Origin: an uncultured archaeon
Lineage (GTDB): Archaea; Asgardarchaeota; Thorarchaeia; Thorarchaeales; Thorarchaeaceae
Assembly: GCA_964558645.1 (NCBI GenBank)
Contig: CAZLEV010000008.1
Span: forward strand, 1 to 64,000
Length of the DNA: 64,000 nucleotides
Reading direction: 5' to 3'
The translations under genes and the position numbers were made by a program. This document shows, piece after piece, positions 8,847 to 18,469 of this stretch. Within the stretch, counting starts at the first letter, position 1. Each line of letters begins with the position of its first letter. The notes beneath the pieces are model-generated. The model ran no database searches. It was given only the letters and a program-made list of their open reading frames with translations, and was not told the origin of the DNA.

Positions 8847-10517
8847 GTGAGAATAGCCATGGCGCAGGTGAACCCAACGGTGGGCGACTTCGAGGGGAAC
8901 AAGCGATTGGTGTGCCAGTATATTGAGCGTGCAAAGGATGCTGGAGCAGATATCGTTGTGTTTCCCGAGCTCGTTATCAGTGGCTATCCCCCTCAAGATC
9001 TGTTGAACACCAGGGCCTTTCTCGAGGACAATCAGAAGTCACTGGAACACATTTGTGACTCAGTGGAAGGAATTGTGGCCATTGTTGGTTCTGTGGAACA
9101 CGACTCTCACTGGAAATTGTACAACAGTGCAGCTGTCATTCAAGATGGGCAGATAATCGAGATGGTCCGAAAGACCCTGCTACCTACATACGATGTCTTC
9201 GATGAGGAGCGATACTTCGAGGCCAACTCCCCTGACATGGTAGAACCTGTTGAGATAGAAATCAACGGTAACGTCCACAGACTAGGTGTTCAGATATGCG
9301 AGGATCTCTGGGATGATGACTATAGCGTCAAAGTCACTGACATTCTCGTTGAACGCGGGGCACAGGTTATTATCAACATATCATCATCACCTTTTCATGT
9401 AGGTAAGCGAAGAGAACGGTTCAAGCTCATGCACGATCGAGCCAATAGACTGAGTGTTCCAGTCTTGTTGACCAATCTGGTTGGCGGGCAGGACGAACTG
9501 GTCTTTGATGGGCACAGCCAAGCTGTTGATGCCTCAGGTGTTCTTGTGTGCCTCGCTAAGCAGTTTGAAGAGGATCTAGCCTTGGTTGACCTTGATGCAA
9601 AGAGTGGGCTTGCCGAGCCAATTCCTGAGCCAGTATATGACAAGGATGCTGAGATTTTCAACGCTATTGTGCTTGGCATTCGGGACTACTTCAGAAAGAC
9701 AGGGTTCAAGATGGCTGTTCTCGGGCTGAGTGGAGGAATAGACTCAGCAGTGACGGCCTGTATCGCAGCAGAGGCCTTGGGCCCCGAGAACATCATTGGA
9801 GTCTCGATGCCCTCGAAGTACTCCAGTACGCATAGCAAGACAGACGCTCAGCAGCTTGCTGAGAATCTCGGCACGCATTATGTCCAGTTCTCGATTCAAG
9901 ACATCATCGATAGTTATCATGATGGATTGGCGTCACCTCTTGCCTCAATCCGTGATGAATTCAGCTTGACACCAGAGGATGACGATCCCGTGGCGGACGA
10001 GAATATTCAGCCACGAGTGCGGGGAAACTGCCTCATGGATTTCTCGAACCGGCTAAAGGATCTTAAGATTCTCGTTCTCAACACAGGCAACAAGACCGAG
10101 CTTGCATTGGGCTACTGCACGCTCTACGGCGATTTGACCGGGGGCGTGGGTGTTTTAGGAGATGTGAGCAAACTCCAAGTTTACAGCCTCGCAGAATACT
10201 ACAATTCTCTCAAGGGCGAGGAGACAATCCCTCAGAGCACTATCGATAAGCGGCCCTCTGCTGAACTCAAGGAGGACCAATATGACCCGTTCAACTTTGA
10301 CGTTGTGAGCCCCATGGTTGATGAGATTGTGGAGAATCGTCGTAGCAGACGAGAACTAATTGACATGGGATATCCCGAGGATGTAGTGGATGACGTGTAT
10401 TCCCGATTCATCAATGCTGAATACAAACGTTGGCAGGCACCGCCCTGCATCCGTATAACAAGAAAGGCATTCGGCACCGGCTGGAAGATGCCCATAGTCA
10501 ATCACTACATGGGTTGA
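8847..10517 (+). CDS. nadE: Glutamine-dependent NAD+ synthetase
   Basis: Nitrilase domain (FPEL, RK.LLP.Y.VFDE.RYF, ICEDLW) plus synthetase domain (LSGGIDS, ENIQ.R.RG, TGNKTE, PSAEL). Confidence 0.96.
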   Translation: MRIAMAQVNPTVGDFEGNKRLVCQYIERAKDAGADIVVFPELVISGYPPQDLLNTRAFLEDNQKSLEHICDSVEGIVAIVGSVEHDSHWKLYNSAAVIQDGQIIEMVRKTLLPTYDVFDEERYFEANSPDMVEPVEIEINGNVHRLGVQICEDLWDDDYSVKVTDILVERGAQVIINISSSPFHVGKRRERFKLMHDRANRLSVPVLLTNLVGGQDELVFDGHSQAVDASGVLVCLAKQFEEDLALVDLDAKSGLAEPIPEPVYDKDAEIFNAIVLGIRDYFRKTGFKMAVLGLSGGIDSAVTACIAAEALGPENIIGVSMPSKYSSTHSKTDAQQLAENLGTHYVQFSIQDIIDSYHDGLASPLASIRDEFSLTPEDDDPVADENIQPRVRGNCLMDFSNRLKDLKILVLNTGNKTELALGYCTLYGDLTGGVGVLGDVSKLQVYSLAEYYNSLKGEETIPQSTIDKRPSAELKEDQYDPFNFDVVSPMVDEIVENRRSRRELIDMGYPEDVVDDVYSRFINAEYKRWQAPPCIRITRKAFGTGWKMPIVNHYMG

Positions 10518-10531
10518 CTTCTTTCTGTGTG

Positions 10532-11224
10532 CTAGCCTCCGAGTAGTACAACCTCGATGATCAGATAGAAGATGCAGGCGTTCCCCAGATATAGTGCCAT
10601 TACTATGTACGACCAGAACAGCTTGAGAACATGGCTGTAGTGTCGTATCATGGCATAGATGATGTAGGAGGAGCTTCCCAGAAGGAGCTCGGGGATGACG
10701 ATGTATACGGCCACGGAGCTGATTGTTAGTACGTTCTGTGCTGACCAAGAGGGGAGGGCCCACATTGTTGCCTCAGCACCAATGAAGAGGACGAACGATG
10801 TGATCAGTACCGCCAGCTGGGTCTCCCAGACAGAATGCTCCTCCTCGACTCGCAAGCCCACATAGACTATGATGAAGAGCGGAATTGACCAGAGACCTGC
10901 CATATAGAGCGGAACTGTCCCTATCATAGGAGAGCCGTCGTTCGGGAAAGAGAGGACCCCTAGCTGTGCTGATAGAAACCAATCGGGCAAGAGCTGGAAG
11001 ATGCTCAGAGGCATAACAAACATCCATATCTTGACCCATTCTGTGTGACCCAGCAAGTAACCAACGAAGGGGATCATAGTATTGTACACAATGACTATGG
11101 CCAGCATACGCCACCCTACCGATGTTGCAGTGGGTGAAAACAGCAAGGCCGTAGCCACCAACGCGAACAGCAGATGCAGTGTTATCAGGTTGCGAATGGG
11201 TCTGGCTCGTAGTACTTTCTCCAT
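10532..11224 (-). CDS. Multi-pass membrane protein (DUF6989-like)
   Basis: LSIFQLLPDWFLS..LGVL.FP.DG...IG.VPLYMAGLW.IPLF; probable start 11224, the upstream ORF extension looks non-coding. Confidence 0.65.
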   Translation of the reverse strand: MEKVLRARPIRNLITLHLLFALVATALLFSPTATSVGWRMLAIVIVYNTMIPFVGYLLGHTEWVKIWMFVMPLSIFQLLPDWFLSAQLGVLSFPNDGSPMIGTVPLYMAGLWSIPLFIIVYVGLRVEEEHSVWETQLAVLITSFVLFIGAEATMWALPSWSAQNVLTISSVAVYIVIPELLLGSSSYIIYAMIRHYSHVLKLFWSYIVMALYLGNACIFYLIIEVVLLGG

Positions 11225-11728
11225 CTGACTCCCTCTGACTCTTTCGGTTCCCGTATGAACCTGTTCAGTCAGGCGCTGCAACGGCCTTTGCTCTATTGAA
11301 TCTTTAGGCTGAATGCATTCGCCGCGATTACTGACATACTCATGACATCTCAGAGCTACGCAGGAGCCGTTCTCGGAGTGGCATTGTTCTATTGTTCGGC
11401 TAGCTCCTCTTTCAGTGAATGATCCGCTTGGCCCAATAACTGGAAAGAAAACTATCGCATATGGGATGTCATCCAAACACGTCAAAGAGTGAAGGTGGTG
11501 GCCAGGACCAATAAGGCATCGTAGGAGGGGGGGAGTTATGAGGGCATGTTACAGAAATTAGGTGCCCTACCAGTTGCCTGACCACCATATCATTCTGTGG
11601 AGTACTATCTAATAAGCTCTACCATGGTTCGTTACCGGCTGAAGTCAGACTCGCACTGAAGACTCAAAGAAATCCCCTAACACAACTCTCTTCAATATAG
11701 TTATCAAGTAGCAGAGGAGCGAGGCATC

Positions 11729-12166
11729 ATGTCTGAAGACCATTTCTACGAGTTGGAGTCCAGCTGGATCCGTGACAAGATTGTAACTATCGAGATTGAG
11801 GGGAAACGCACTCTCGAAGTGGCAACCCCTCCTGATTTCTGGCCCGATTCTCCCCGCGAACTTCTCTCACCCGAGGACTTGTTTCTTGCCTCTGCGGTTT
11901 CCTGCTATGGCGTGTCGTTGTCAGGTGTGGCGAAGCGTTATCATGCAGAGTTCACCGATTTTCACATAAGTGGGGCGGGCCAACTCGAGCAGGGCGAGTT
12001 CGGCTGGGAGTTCCAACGCATTGACATAAGGGCCGAAATCGTCGTTCCCACTGAGACTGACAAGAAGCGAATGAGCAAAGCTGCAGAACGAGCACACGCG
12101 TATTGTGTGGTCTCGAATTCGATGAAGTGCCCAGTGAATCTCGAGTATGAGGTTCGCACCGAGTGA
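11729..12166 (+). CDS. OsmC/Ohr-family protein
   Basis: SPEDLFLASAVSCY and AHAYCVVSNS: both catalytic cysteines present. Confidence 0.9.
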   Translation: MSEDHFYELESSWIRDKIVTIEIEGKRTLEVATPPDFWPDSPRELLSPEDLFLASAVSCYGVSLSGVAKRYHAEFTDFHISGAGQLEQGEFGWEFQRIDIRAEIVVPTETDKKRMSKAAERAHAYCVVSNSMKCPVNLEYEVRTE

Positions 12167-12224
12167 CAGACCCATTCAGTAGCCACATTAATATGCCAAA
12201 CTCGTCGGACTCTTCGGGATTGTC

Positions 12225-12662
12225 ATGTCAGATGAACATAGATACAAAATGACAACACGAGTTATCAGACCGATGTTTGTCGGCGTGGATATTGAAGGAA
12301 TGGAGGAATTCGAGGTGACCTCGTCACCCGACTGGTGGCCTGAAGCACCAGAAGGTACGTTCTCCCCGCAGACTCTCTTGGTAGCTGCTTCCGGGTCTTG
12401 TTTCACTCTCTCCTTCTTCAAGGCGGCAGGAAATCTCCGTGTCCAAGCTGAAAATGTAGATGTTATAGTAGAAGGGACAATGGTTGAGGATGGCCCTGTT
12501 TGGAGATTCGGAGAGATTCGGCTGGATGTCAAGGTCTACATCTCGAGTGATCAAGACAAGAGCAAGATTGAACGCGCAGTTAAACTGGGGCATGAATTCT
12601 GTCCTATCGCCAACACGTTGAAGTGTCCTACCAAGCTTGATTACGAGATCATAGTGACTTGA
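12225..12662 (+). CDS. OsmC/Ohr-family protein (tandem paralog)
   Basis: SPQTLLVAASGSCF and GHEFCPIANTL; same length (145 aa) as its neighbour. Confidence 0.88.
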   Translation: MSDEHRYKMTTRVIRPMFVGVDIEGMEEFEVTSSPDWWPEAPEGTFSPQTLLVAASGSCFTLSFFKAAGNLRVQAENVDVIVEGTMVEDGPVWRFGEIRLDVKVYISSDQDKSKIERAVKLGHEFCPIANTLKCPTKLDYEIIVT

Positions 12663-12685
12663 TTACGGTAGCCATGGATGAGGGT

Positions 12686-13072
12686 TCAACTCGGTGGTGC
12701 AATCACCGGGAGATGGATCTCTGAAGTGTAATCATGACCGCATGTGCATTCTAGTTTCACCGACCATTTTCTCGGAACCGGAACATTGAACTCCTCCACC
12801 ACCCCCTCAAGATTCATCTTGATTCCTGCAATGAGTGACAGATAGACCTTTGCCAAGTTTCGTATTTCCGCAGGGAAGTCCAGATCAGAGGCAAAGTACT
12901 TGACCACCTCTTTACACTGAGGGCACTTGGTCAGAAGCAGATGCGTCCTGTTCGAACACCTTTCACAGTTGATTTCGACCTGTTCCATCTTTGGCGCCGC
13001 GGGGACTTCAAGATGCGTCACTATCTTGTTGCCACACACACCGCAGAAATAGGTCAGTTCATGGTCATTCAT
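12686..13072 (-). CDS. Multi-CxxC zinc-finger protein
   Basis: CGVC, CERC, CPQC, CTC; GAGGT upstream of the ATG at 13072. Confidence 0.75.
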   Translation of the reverse strand: MNDHELTYFCGVCGNKIVTHLEVPAAPKMEQVEINCERCSNRTHLLLTKCPQCKEVVKYFASDLDFPAEIRNLAKVYLSLIAGIKMNLEGVVEEFNVPVPRKWSVKLECTCGHDYTSEIHLPVIAPPS

Positions 13073-13178
13073 ACACACTACCTCAGTATTTCTGCCTAAG
13101 ATGCTTTCCAAGATATAGGTCTGGTGGAGAGCATGACCACGGTTTTATAGGTGAAGGATGCTTGCTTGACTGTCGGCC

Positions 13179-13832
13179 ATGGAGTTGTCCGCTATGAGGC
13201 CCATTGACTCGCTTAGATCTGGAGATAGCATCGGTGCAAGATTCTTTCAGATGTCTACTCTGCCTATGATAATATCTGCCTCACTTGTTTCGTATGCCCT
13301 GTCCATCATCTGGTTCCTACGGACGGGTGCTGAAACACTTCAGGGTCTTGGTCTGACAGGGTTGTATCTTTTGGTCACAGTTCTTGGAATACAGCTCTAT
13401 CGCCCTGGGTTCAGACTCTATGAGGAAGATGAACGCAGAATCATAGAATATAGCAGACCGGGCTACAGTTGGGGGGTCTTGTTAGAGGGACTAGTCGGGT
13501 GTGCTATAGTCTTCGCTCTTGCGTATTTTGTTGTCTTGAACTCATTTTCCTCGAGTCCAGATCTTGCCTCAATGGTCGCATACGTGGCAATCGGCTTTGA
13601 TTTTCTTCTGGTTCCTCTCATTCCAGTGACCGCAGGTTCTCCTCGAATCCCCTTTCTCAAGACATCCGTCAGAGTCCTAGTGTCTGACAATGATCAGGTT
13701 GCGGAGGTTCTGAGCATTGAAGTAAGCATGTTGGACCTGTCGTGGTTTCAGGTCAGAAACAGTGATGAGCTCCGCCAATCTCTACTCAGTAGGTTTCAGG
13801 AGATGATCACAGATTGTGCTCTTCCTCATTGA
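13179..13832 (+). CDS. Hypothetical membrane protein (4 TM)
   Basis: Hydrophobic 217-aa ORF. Confidence 0.65.
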   Translation: MELSAMRPIDSLRSGDSIGARFFQMSTLPMIISASLVSYALSIIWFLRTGAETLQGLGLTGLYLLVTVLGIQLYRPGFRLYEEDERRIIEYSRPGYSWGVLLEGLVGCAIVFALAYFVVLNSFSSSPDLASMVAYVAIGFDFLLVPLIPVTAGSPRIPFLKTSVRVLVSDNDQVAEVLSIEVSMLDLSWFQVRNSDELRQSLLSRFQEMITDCALPH

Positions 13833-13859
13833 TTGGTGCCGACCGAACCGTGGCCGCTT

Positions 13860-14105
13860 CTATCCGTGAACCTTGCGGATCTTTCGAGCGACCCATATGT
13901 CGGTGTCGCCGAGGGTTTCCAGGTCCACCTGAACCTCTTGCCCTATCTCCAGAGTCTCAGATTCGGTGTATGCGTCCACCTTGGCTCTAATGTGTTCACC
14001 GTTTGGCAGTACAAGGCCAATGTAACCATACTGGATGTTTTTTCCGCCAAATCGACCAAGTTGGTGCGATGCTATCCTACCGCTCAAAGCCTTACTCATG
14101 AACAA
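13860..14105 (-). CDS. Small beta-barrel (OB-fold-like) protein
   Basis: Beta-rich pattern ending LEIGQEVQVDLE...WVARKI. Confidence 0.55.
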   Translation of the reverse strand: MFMSKALSGRIASHQLGRFGGKNIQYGYIGLVLPNGEHIRAKVDAYTESETLEIGQEVQVDLETLGDTDIWVARKIRKVHG

Positions 14106-14162
14106 TCACACATTAACTATAGTACATGGCCTTATGGCTCTTGCGCTATGGGCTTCGGCATT

Positions 14163-14873
14163 CTACTGCTTTTTCAGTACTCCAACATAGACCGAGTCTT
14201 CTTTCAGTATGTCTGTGACTGTCCAACTCGCTTGTTCAGCAATCGATTCCATGAGGTCTGGTGTTGCCATAAGAAGACTCCACCACTCACCAGTTTCTCC
14301 CATGTATCGGAGTCTTATCTTAGCGAGCCCGGGTGGCTTTCCTCTCTCTCTGTTCCACTGGTGATACTTCAAGTGCTGTGGATTGTCGGTAATCAGTGGG
14401 TTTCTTGATTCCGCAAGAATGACCGCGTCGTTTCTTGTGATTCTGTGAATATCCTTAAGCATGCGGATGACTTTCTCGGGCTCACCCAAAATGCCGAAGT
14501 TATTTCCAAACATGATGACTGTATCGAAGGTCTTGTTGGGAAACTTGAGCTTCTCGGCGCTCATAAGGTGCACGTCCATCACTCCTCGGTTCCTGCTAGT
14601 TTGAACTGCACCAGGCGAAATATCTATTCCAGTTACATCCAGGCCCTTCTCTTGGAGGTAGAGGCAAACTCTGCCAGCACCGCAGCCGATGTCCAGAATC
14701 CTCCCCTTTGCCATTCCTATGGCCTCTCGTTGCCCCTTGGGCCAGTCTTCTATTTCCGCTACGTACTGCTTTCCCGAGCTCTCTGTCACAAGGCCATCAT
14801 CGCGCTCTATCTCGTGGATAGCGTCCTTTCCATTGGCCGCATCACGTAGCACCATCCCAAATAAGTCAGGCAT
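14163..14873 (-). CDS. Class I SAM-dependent methyltransferase
   Basis: [22 protein letters not shown] motifs; HEIERDDG N-terminus. Confidence 0.9.
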   Translation of the reverse strand: MPDLFGMVLRDAANGKDAIHEIERDDGLVTESSGKQYVAEIEDWPKGQREAIGMAKGRILDIGCGAGRVCLYLQEKGLDVTGIDISPGAVQTSRNRGVMDVHLMSAEKLKFPNKTFDTVIMFGNNFGILGEPEKVIRMLKDIHRITRNDAVILAESRNPLITDNPQHLKYHQWNRERGKPPGLAKIRLRYMGETGEWWSLLMATPDLMESIAEQASWTVTDILKEDSVYVGVLKKQ

Positions 14874-14977
14874 AGATTCACTGTTAGATTCAAGAAGTAA
14901 AAGATATTCGGCTGGCTTTCCGGAAAAGGTTATTACCATTCAGCCCCATCGTCGTATTGGTTCGGAGGAGAACTTGA

Positions 14978-15688
14978 ATGACTGGGTCTGATGAAGAATT
15001 CGATTTAGATATTACCGTTTATGGAGCCAAGCAGGAAGATGTCGGACCTGCATTCAAGAGCCATGTGGCTCCGTCTGAAGAGCCACATATCTACTCTACT
15101 TGGGTCAACGTAGGTGCTATGAAGCGGCTGGGTTTCCTGTTCGAGGGAGGCGTAGAGAGTGCTGGAGACATCTTCGAGATTCTCTGTGTCTTTGCGGTGA
15201 TGGCGGCTGTACTCGCTGCATTCGTCTTCTGGCAGATTGTGGTCTTCTTCGTAGTGCTTATCGTGTTGACCCTGCTTAGTGGCGGAGCCGCTCTCAAATA
15301 TCTTCGCAGAACAAGAATACAGACCATTGCCGATAAGATAGATGGAGAGGATCTGGAGGCCTTCGTCAACGAACAGCTGGGCCAAGGACGGTTTGTAAGC
15401 ATCAAAACTGAGCATGATATCTCGTTGTCCAATCGAGTACAGCGTTCTAACAGAGCATCCGATGCTTTCCAATACGGAGTTCTGTTTTCACTCATCGTTG
15501 CGACTGGCTTTCTCATCGTAGAGGTGCTTTACTTGGTCGTTTTCATGTCATGGATGACAGAGGTCTGGTTTCTGGCAATTTGGGGTATCGCTTTCCTTGT
15601 TGGTGTTGTAGTCATGGATGTCGGTGCCATATGGCGACATAATCTGGCAAGACGGATAGGTGAGGCGTATAGAGATCACAATGCGTGA
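14978..15688 (+). CDS. Hypothetical membrane protein (4 TM)
   Basis: 236-aa ORF with two TM hairpins. Confidence 0.7.
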   Translation: MTGSDEEFDLDITVYGAKQEDVGPAFKSHVAPSEEPHIYSTWVNVGAMKRLGFLFEGGVESAGDIFEILCVFAVMAAVLAAFVFWQIVVFFVVLIVLTLLSGGAALKYLRRTRIQTIADKIDGEDLEAFVNEQLGQGRFVSIKTEHDISLSNRVQRSNRASDAFQYGVLFSLIVATGFLIVEVLYLVVFMSWMTEVWFLAIWGIAFLVGVVVMDVGAIWRHNLARRIGEAYRDHNA

Positions 15689-15699
15689 TGCCAGGCTTT

Positions 15700-17016
15700 T
15701 CAGATTACGTCGAACACGATAGACCAGAATTCTCTCTCAGACACTCCCGTTCGGAGCTTGTCAATCTCGCGTTTGACTCGCTCAAAATCCTCAACAGACT
15801 GCTTCTTCTTCTGAGCTTCGTGATTGCTCTTGACTCTCTCAGTAATCTCTCTAATCTGGTTCGGAGTAGCCTTCACTCCTCCCATCTTCAGTAAGTATTC
15901 GACGTAGCTCCGCCCTACGAACTTGCCGAGATGGAATTCTCTCTTTCTTCCAACAGTGCTCGGACTTATTGGTTCATACGTCATCGAGTGAGTGAGTTGC
16001 CCGTGGGAGTGAATGCCACTGGAATGTGTGAAGGCATTTGCGCCCGAGATTGATTTGTGAAGTGGTAATGGAACTGCGAAGTACTTCTCTACCATCTTTG
16101 AGAGCTGGTACAGCTTTGCAGTTGTAATGCCAGTATCAATGCCGTATAATTCTTCTAGAACCATCACAATCTCCTCAAATGCTGCATTACCCGCTCGTTC
16201 ACCATAGGCGTTAACGCAGACTTGAGGATAGGTTGCACCCTCTTCAATGGCCGTCAGCGTGTTGGCTGTGGCAAGACCGAAGTCATCGTGGCAGTGCACT
16301 GCAATGGGAACCTTATACTTGCTACTGGTCCAGAGACGCTGCTTTATTCCCTTCATAATGTATCTCATGACTTCTGGCCTGACGAAACCCACAGTGTCAG
16401 CCACACAGATCTTATCGGCCCCTGCATCGATTGCAGTTCTATAGGCCTCCACCAGAAAGTCGAGTTCAGACCTTGTAGAGTCTTCAGCAATGTAGTCTAT
16501 GATGAGTCCATGGTCCTTACCATATTCGATGCAATCGCTCAGACGCTCCAGCATGTCTTGTCGAGTCATCTTCAGTTGATACTTCAGTCTGAAGTCTGAT
16601 GCTGCTATGAAGATGGGCACCTCTTCGACCTCTGCCTCGATGCATGCGTCAATATCTGAGATGACTGCACGTGCAGGGGCACCTATGGTTGCTCTACTGA
16701 GGCCCTCTCTTGCAATCGTCGCAACAGTTACTTTCTCGTCGTTACTGACAGCCGGGAACCCCACAACAACGGTTGCTGTGCCAACCTCGTCAAGCATCTT
16801 GGCAATGGATATCTTCTCATCTACTGTCAATACAACTCCTGGTGTCTGTTCTCCATCGCGGAGAGTTTCATCCCAAATCCAGACGCGGGAGGGCAAGCTG
16901 GAAGGTTTCGTACTCTCTTCTCGATTGTAATTGACAGCTAGGCCGGCCTTTTCCAGGGATTCCATAAGCTGGACTCTACCTCTTCCCTCTTGTATCTTCA
17001 GTTTGGTACGATTCAC
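15700..17016 (-). CDS. DRE-TIM metallolyase (homocitrate/isopropylmalate/citramalate synthase family) without the LeuA regulatory domain
   Basis: DETLRDGEQ, ADTVG, HCHDDFGLA, GERAGNA, HSSGIH motifs. Confidence 0.9.
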   Translation of the reverse strand: MNRTKLKIQEGRGRVQLMESLEKAGLAVNYNREESTKPSSLPSRVWIWDETLRDGEQTPGVVLTVDEKISIAKMLDEVGTATVVVGFPAVSNDEKVTVATIAREGLSRATIGAPARAVISDIDACIEAEVEEVPIFIAASDFRLKYQLKMTRQDMLERLSDCIEYGKDHGLIIDYIAEDSTRSELDFLVEAYRTAIDAGADKICVADTVGFVRPEVMRYIMKGIKQRLWTSSKYKVPIAVHCHDDFGLATANTLTAIEEGATYPQVCVNAYGERAGNAAFEEIVMVLEELYGIDTGITTAKLYQLSKMVEKYFAVPLPLHKSISGANAFTHSSGIHSHGQLTHSMTYEPISPSTVGRKREFHLGKFVGRSYVEYLLKMGGVKATPNQIREITERVKSNHEAQKKKQSVEDFERVKREIDKLRTGVSEREFWSIVFDVI

Positions 17017-17561
17017 TCAAATCTGTAGTGGCCATGGTCCGAGATGGACGCAAGGCTCTTATCCAGGGCCTCGATTTGCGCCTCATACTCCTCATTCGAC
17101 ACACTGCCCGCATCGAGTGCTTTCTTTGCTTTGCCCTTCTTGTACTCGATTTTGGACTTGGCTACATCAGACAGCCGCAGGGAATTCTCAATTATCGGCT
17201 CTGATCCTGTCAACTCGCCTATACCCTCAAGAAGAGGTCTCCAGCAAATCTCCTCTATATGGAATGCGTACTCTAACCCTCTCTCTTGAACTCTTTCCCA
17301 TAACGGGCATCTTTTCACAATGATTTCAGTTCCCTTGAGTTCTACATCCTGTCCAATTGAGGTCAGGATAGATGCTGCTATTTCCGCCGCAGCCTCAGGT
17401 CCGCTTCCTCCTGCTCTCTTCGCGGCCTCTCGTCCTATCTGCTTGAAACCTCTGCTGTATCCATCGTGCATCGAGAGTGCTCCAGTAGTATCTCTTAGTC
17501 CCCACCAGAGCCCATCAAGAAATGCCACAAAGCCCTCCTGAAGTGTATTGAGATTCTCCAT
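17013..17561 (-). CDS. V4R/ATC-hydrolase-like small-molecule-binding protein with a SHOCT-like helical insert
   Basis: IIVKRCPLW...EEICW...EGI V4R-type pattern; ALDAGSVSNEEYE SHOCT-like segment. Confidence 0.55.
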   Translation of the reverse strand: MENLNTLQEGFVAFLDGLWWGLRDTTGALSMHDGYSRGFKQIGREAAKRAGGSGPEAAAEIAASILTSIGQDVELKGTEIIVKRCPLWERVQERGLEYAFHIEEICWRPLLEGIGELTGSEPIIENSLRLSDVAKSKIEYKKGKAKKALDAGSVSNEEYEAQIEALDKSLASISDHGHYRFE

Positions 17562-17566
17562 GGTTT

Positions 17567-18310
17567 TCAGTCCTCCACCTTGAAGTTGTTACCCCATTCA
17601 TCAACGAAGGCTATCTCCTCGGGTGGTTGTCGAGGTGGTCCCAGTGTCCTTTCGTATTTAGCATATCCGAGAGTCAGGCACAGTATCGGCACCCAATGAG
17701 GGTGAGGAATCTTCAGACGTTCACAGACAGCTCGGATATCATCGAAATGATCAAGCTGAACAGAAGACACACAGCTTCCAAGACCTAGAGATGCCGCCGC
17801 GAGTGTCATATTTTGTAGCATCATTGAGCCTGCAATGATGGCGTGACGCGGTGCAGACCATCCATAGACTCCGCCCGTCCCTCTGAGCGTGGGTTGAGAA
17901 TTGCCTACATGAGTGCGGTCAACAGCCAGAACAAGCAGTACCGGTGCGCCATCCGTTTCCGGGTTTCCCTTGATATACTGAAATCGTTCTCCTGTGATGA
18001 GGATGTCAATGGTCCTCTCAAGGCTAGCCTTAGAACGGATGTATGATAGTCTTCTCTCGAGTTCTTGGCGCGGGGTTGCTCTTCCGAAGAGCTCGATGGT
18101 TCTGTCCACGGCCATCTGGCCTATGAACTCCTGGGTTTCTTTGTCCTTCACGACGATGATGCGCCATGGCTGCTGGTTTTCTGCACTTGGTGCATAGGTC
18201 CCAGCCTCGATCACCTTGTGAATCAGCTCGTCCGGCACTTCCCGTTCAGTGTCATAGTCTCGGATAGCACGTCGTTCCTTGATCATTGAGATTGTATCGT
18301 TATCTTGCAA
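17567..18310 (-). CDS. Nitroreductase-family flavoprotein
   Basis: IKERRAIRDY, APSAENQQPW, QNMTLAAASLGLGSC. Confidence 0.92.
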   Translation of the reverse strand: MQDNDTISMIKERRAIRDYDTEREVPDELIHKVIEAGTYAPSAENQQPWRIIVVKDKETQEFIGQMAVDRTIELFGRATPRQELERRLSYIRSKASLERTIDILITGERFQYIKGNPETDGAPVLLVLAVDRTHVGNSQPTLRGTGGVYGWSAPRHAIIAGSMMLQNMTLAAASLGLGSCVSSVQLDHFDDIRAVCERLKIPHPHWVPILCLTLGYAKYERTLGPPRQPPEEIAFVDEWGNNFKVED

Positions 18311-18469
18311 GATACTCAGTCTCCGCCTTGATGACGTTCGCCGAATTTATTCCGGCCTTAAGTAGCTAACTGCTCGTTCACTGCAGTGATGTCCAAAGCG
18401 ATTCTCGGAAAGCGTTGTCCAAGGGAGCAAAGATGTCCCCGGCACAGATCACTCTACACTCATCCCGAT

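Noticed and set aside
11225-11485. 87-aa N-terminal extension of the membrane-protein ORF (similar extensions at 5351, 19744, 21295, 23279, 44091, 55966)
   Set aside because: Low-plausibility sequence overlapping promoters or neighbouring genes; downstream starts with RBS or family-typical N-termini fit better
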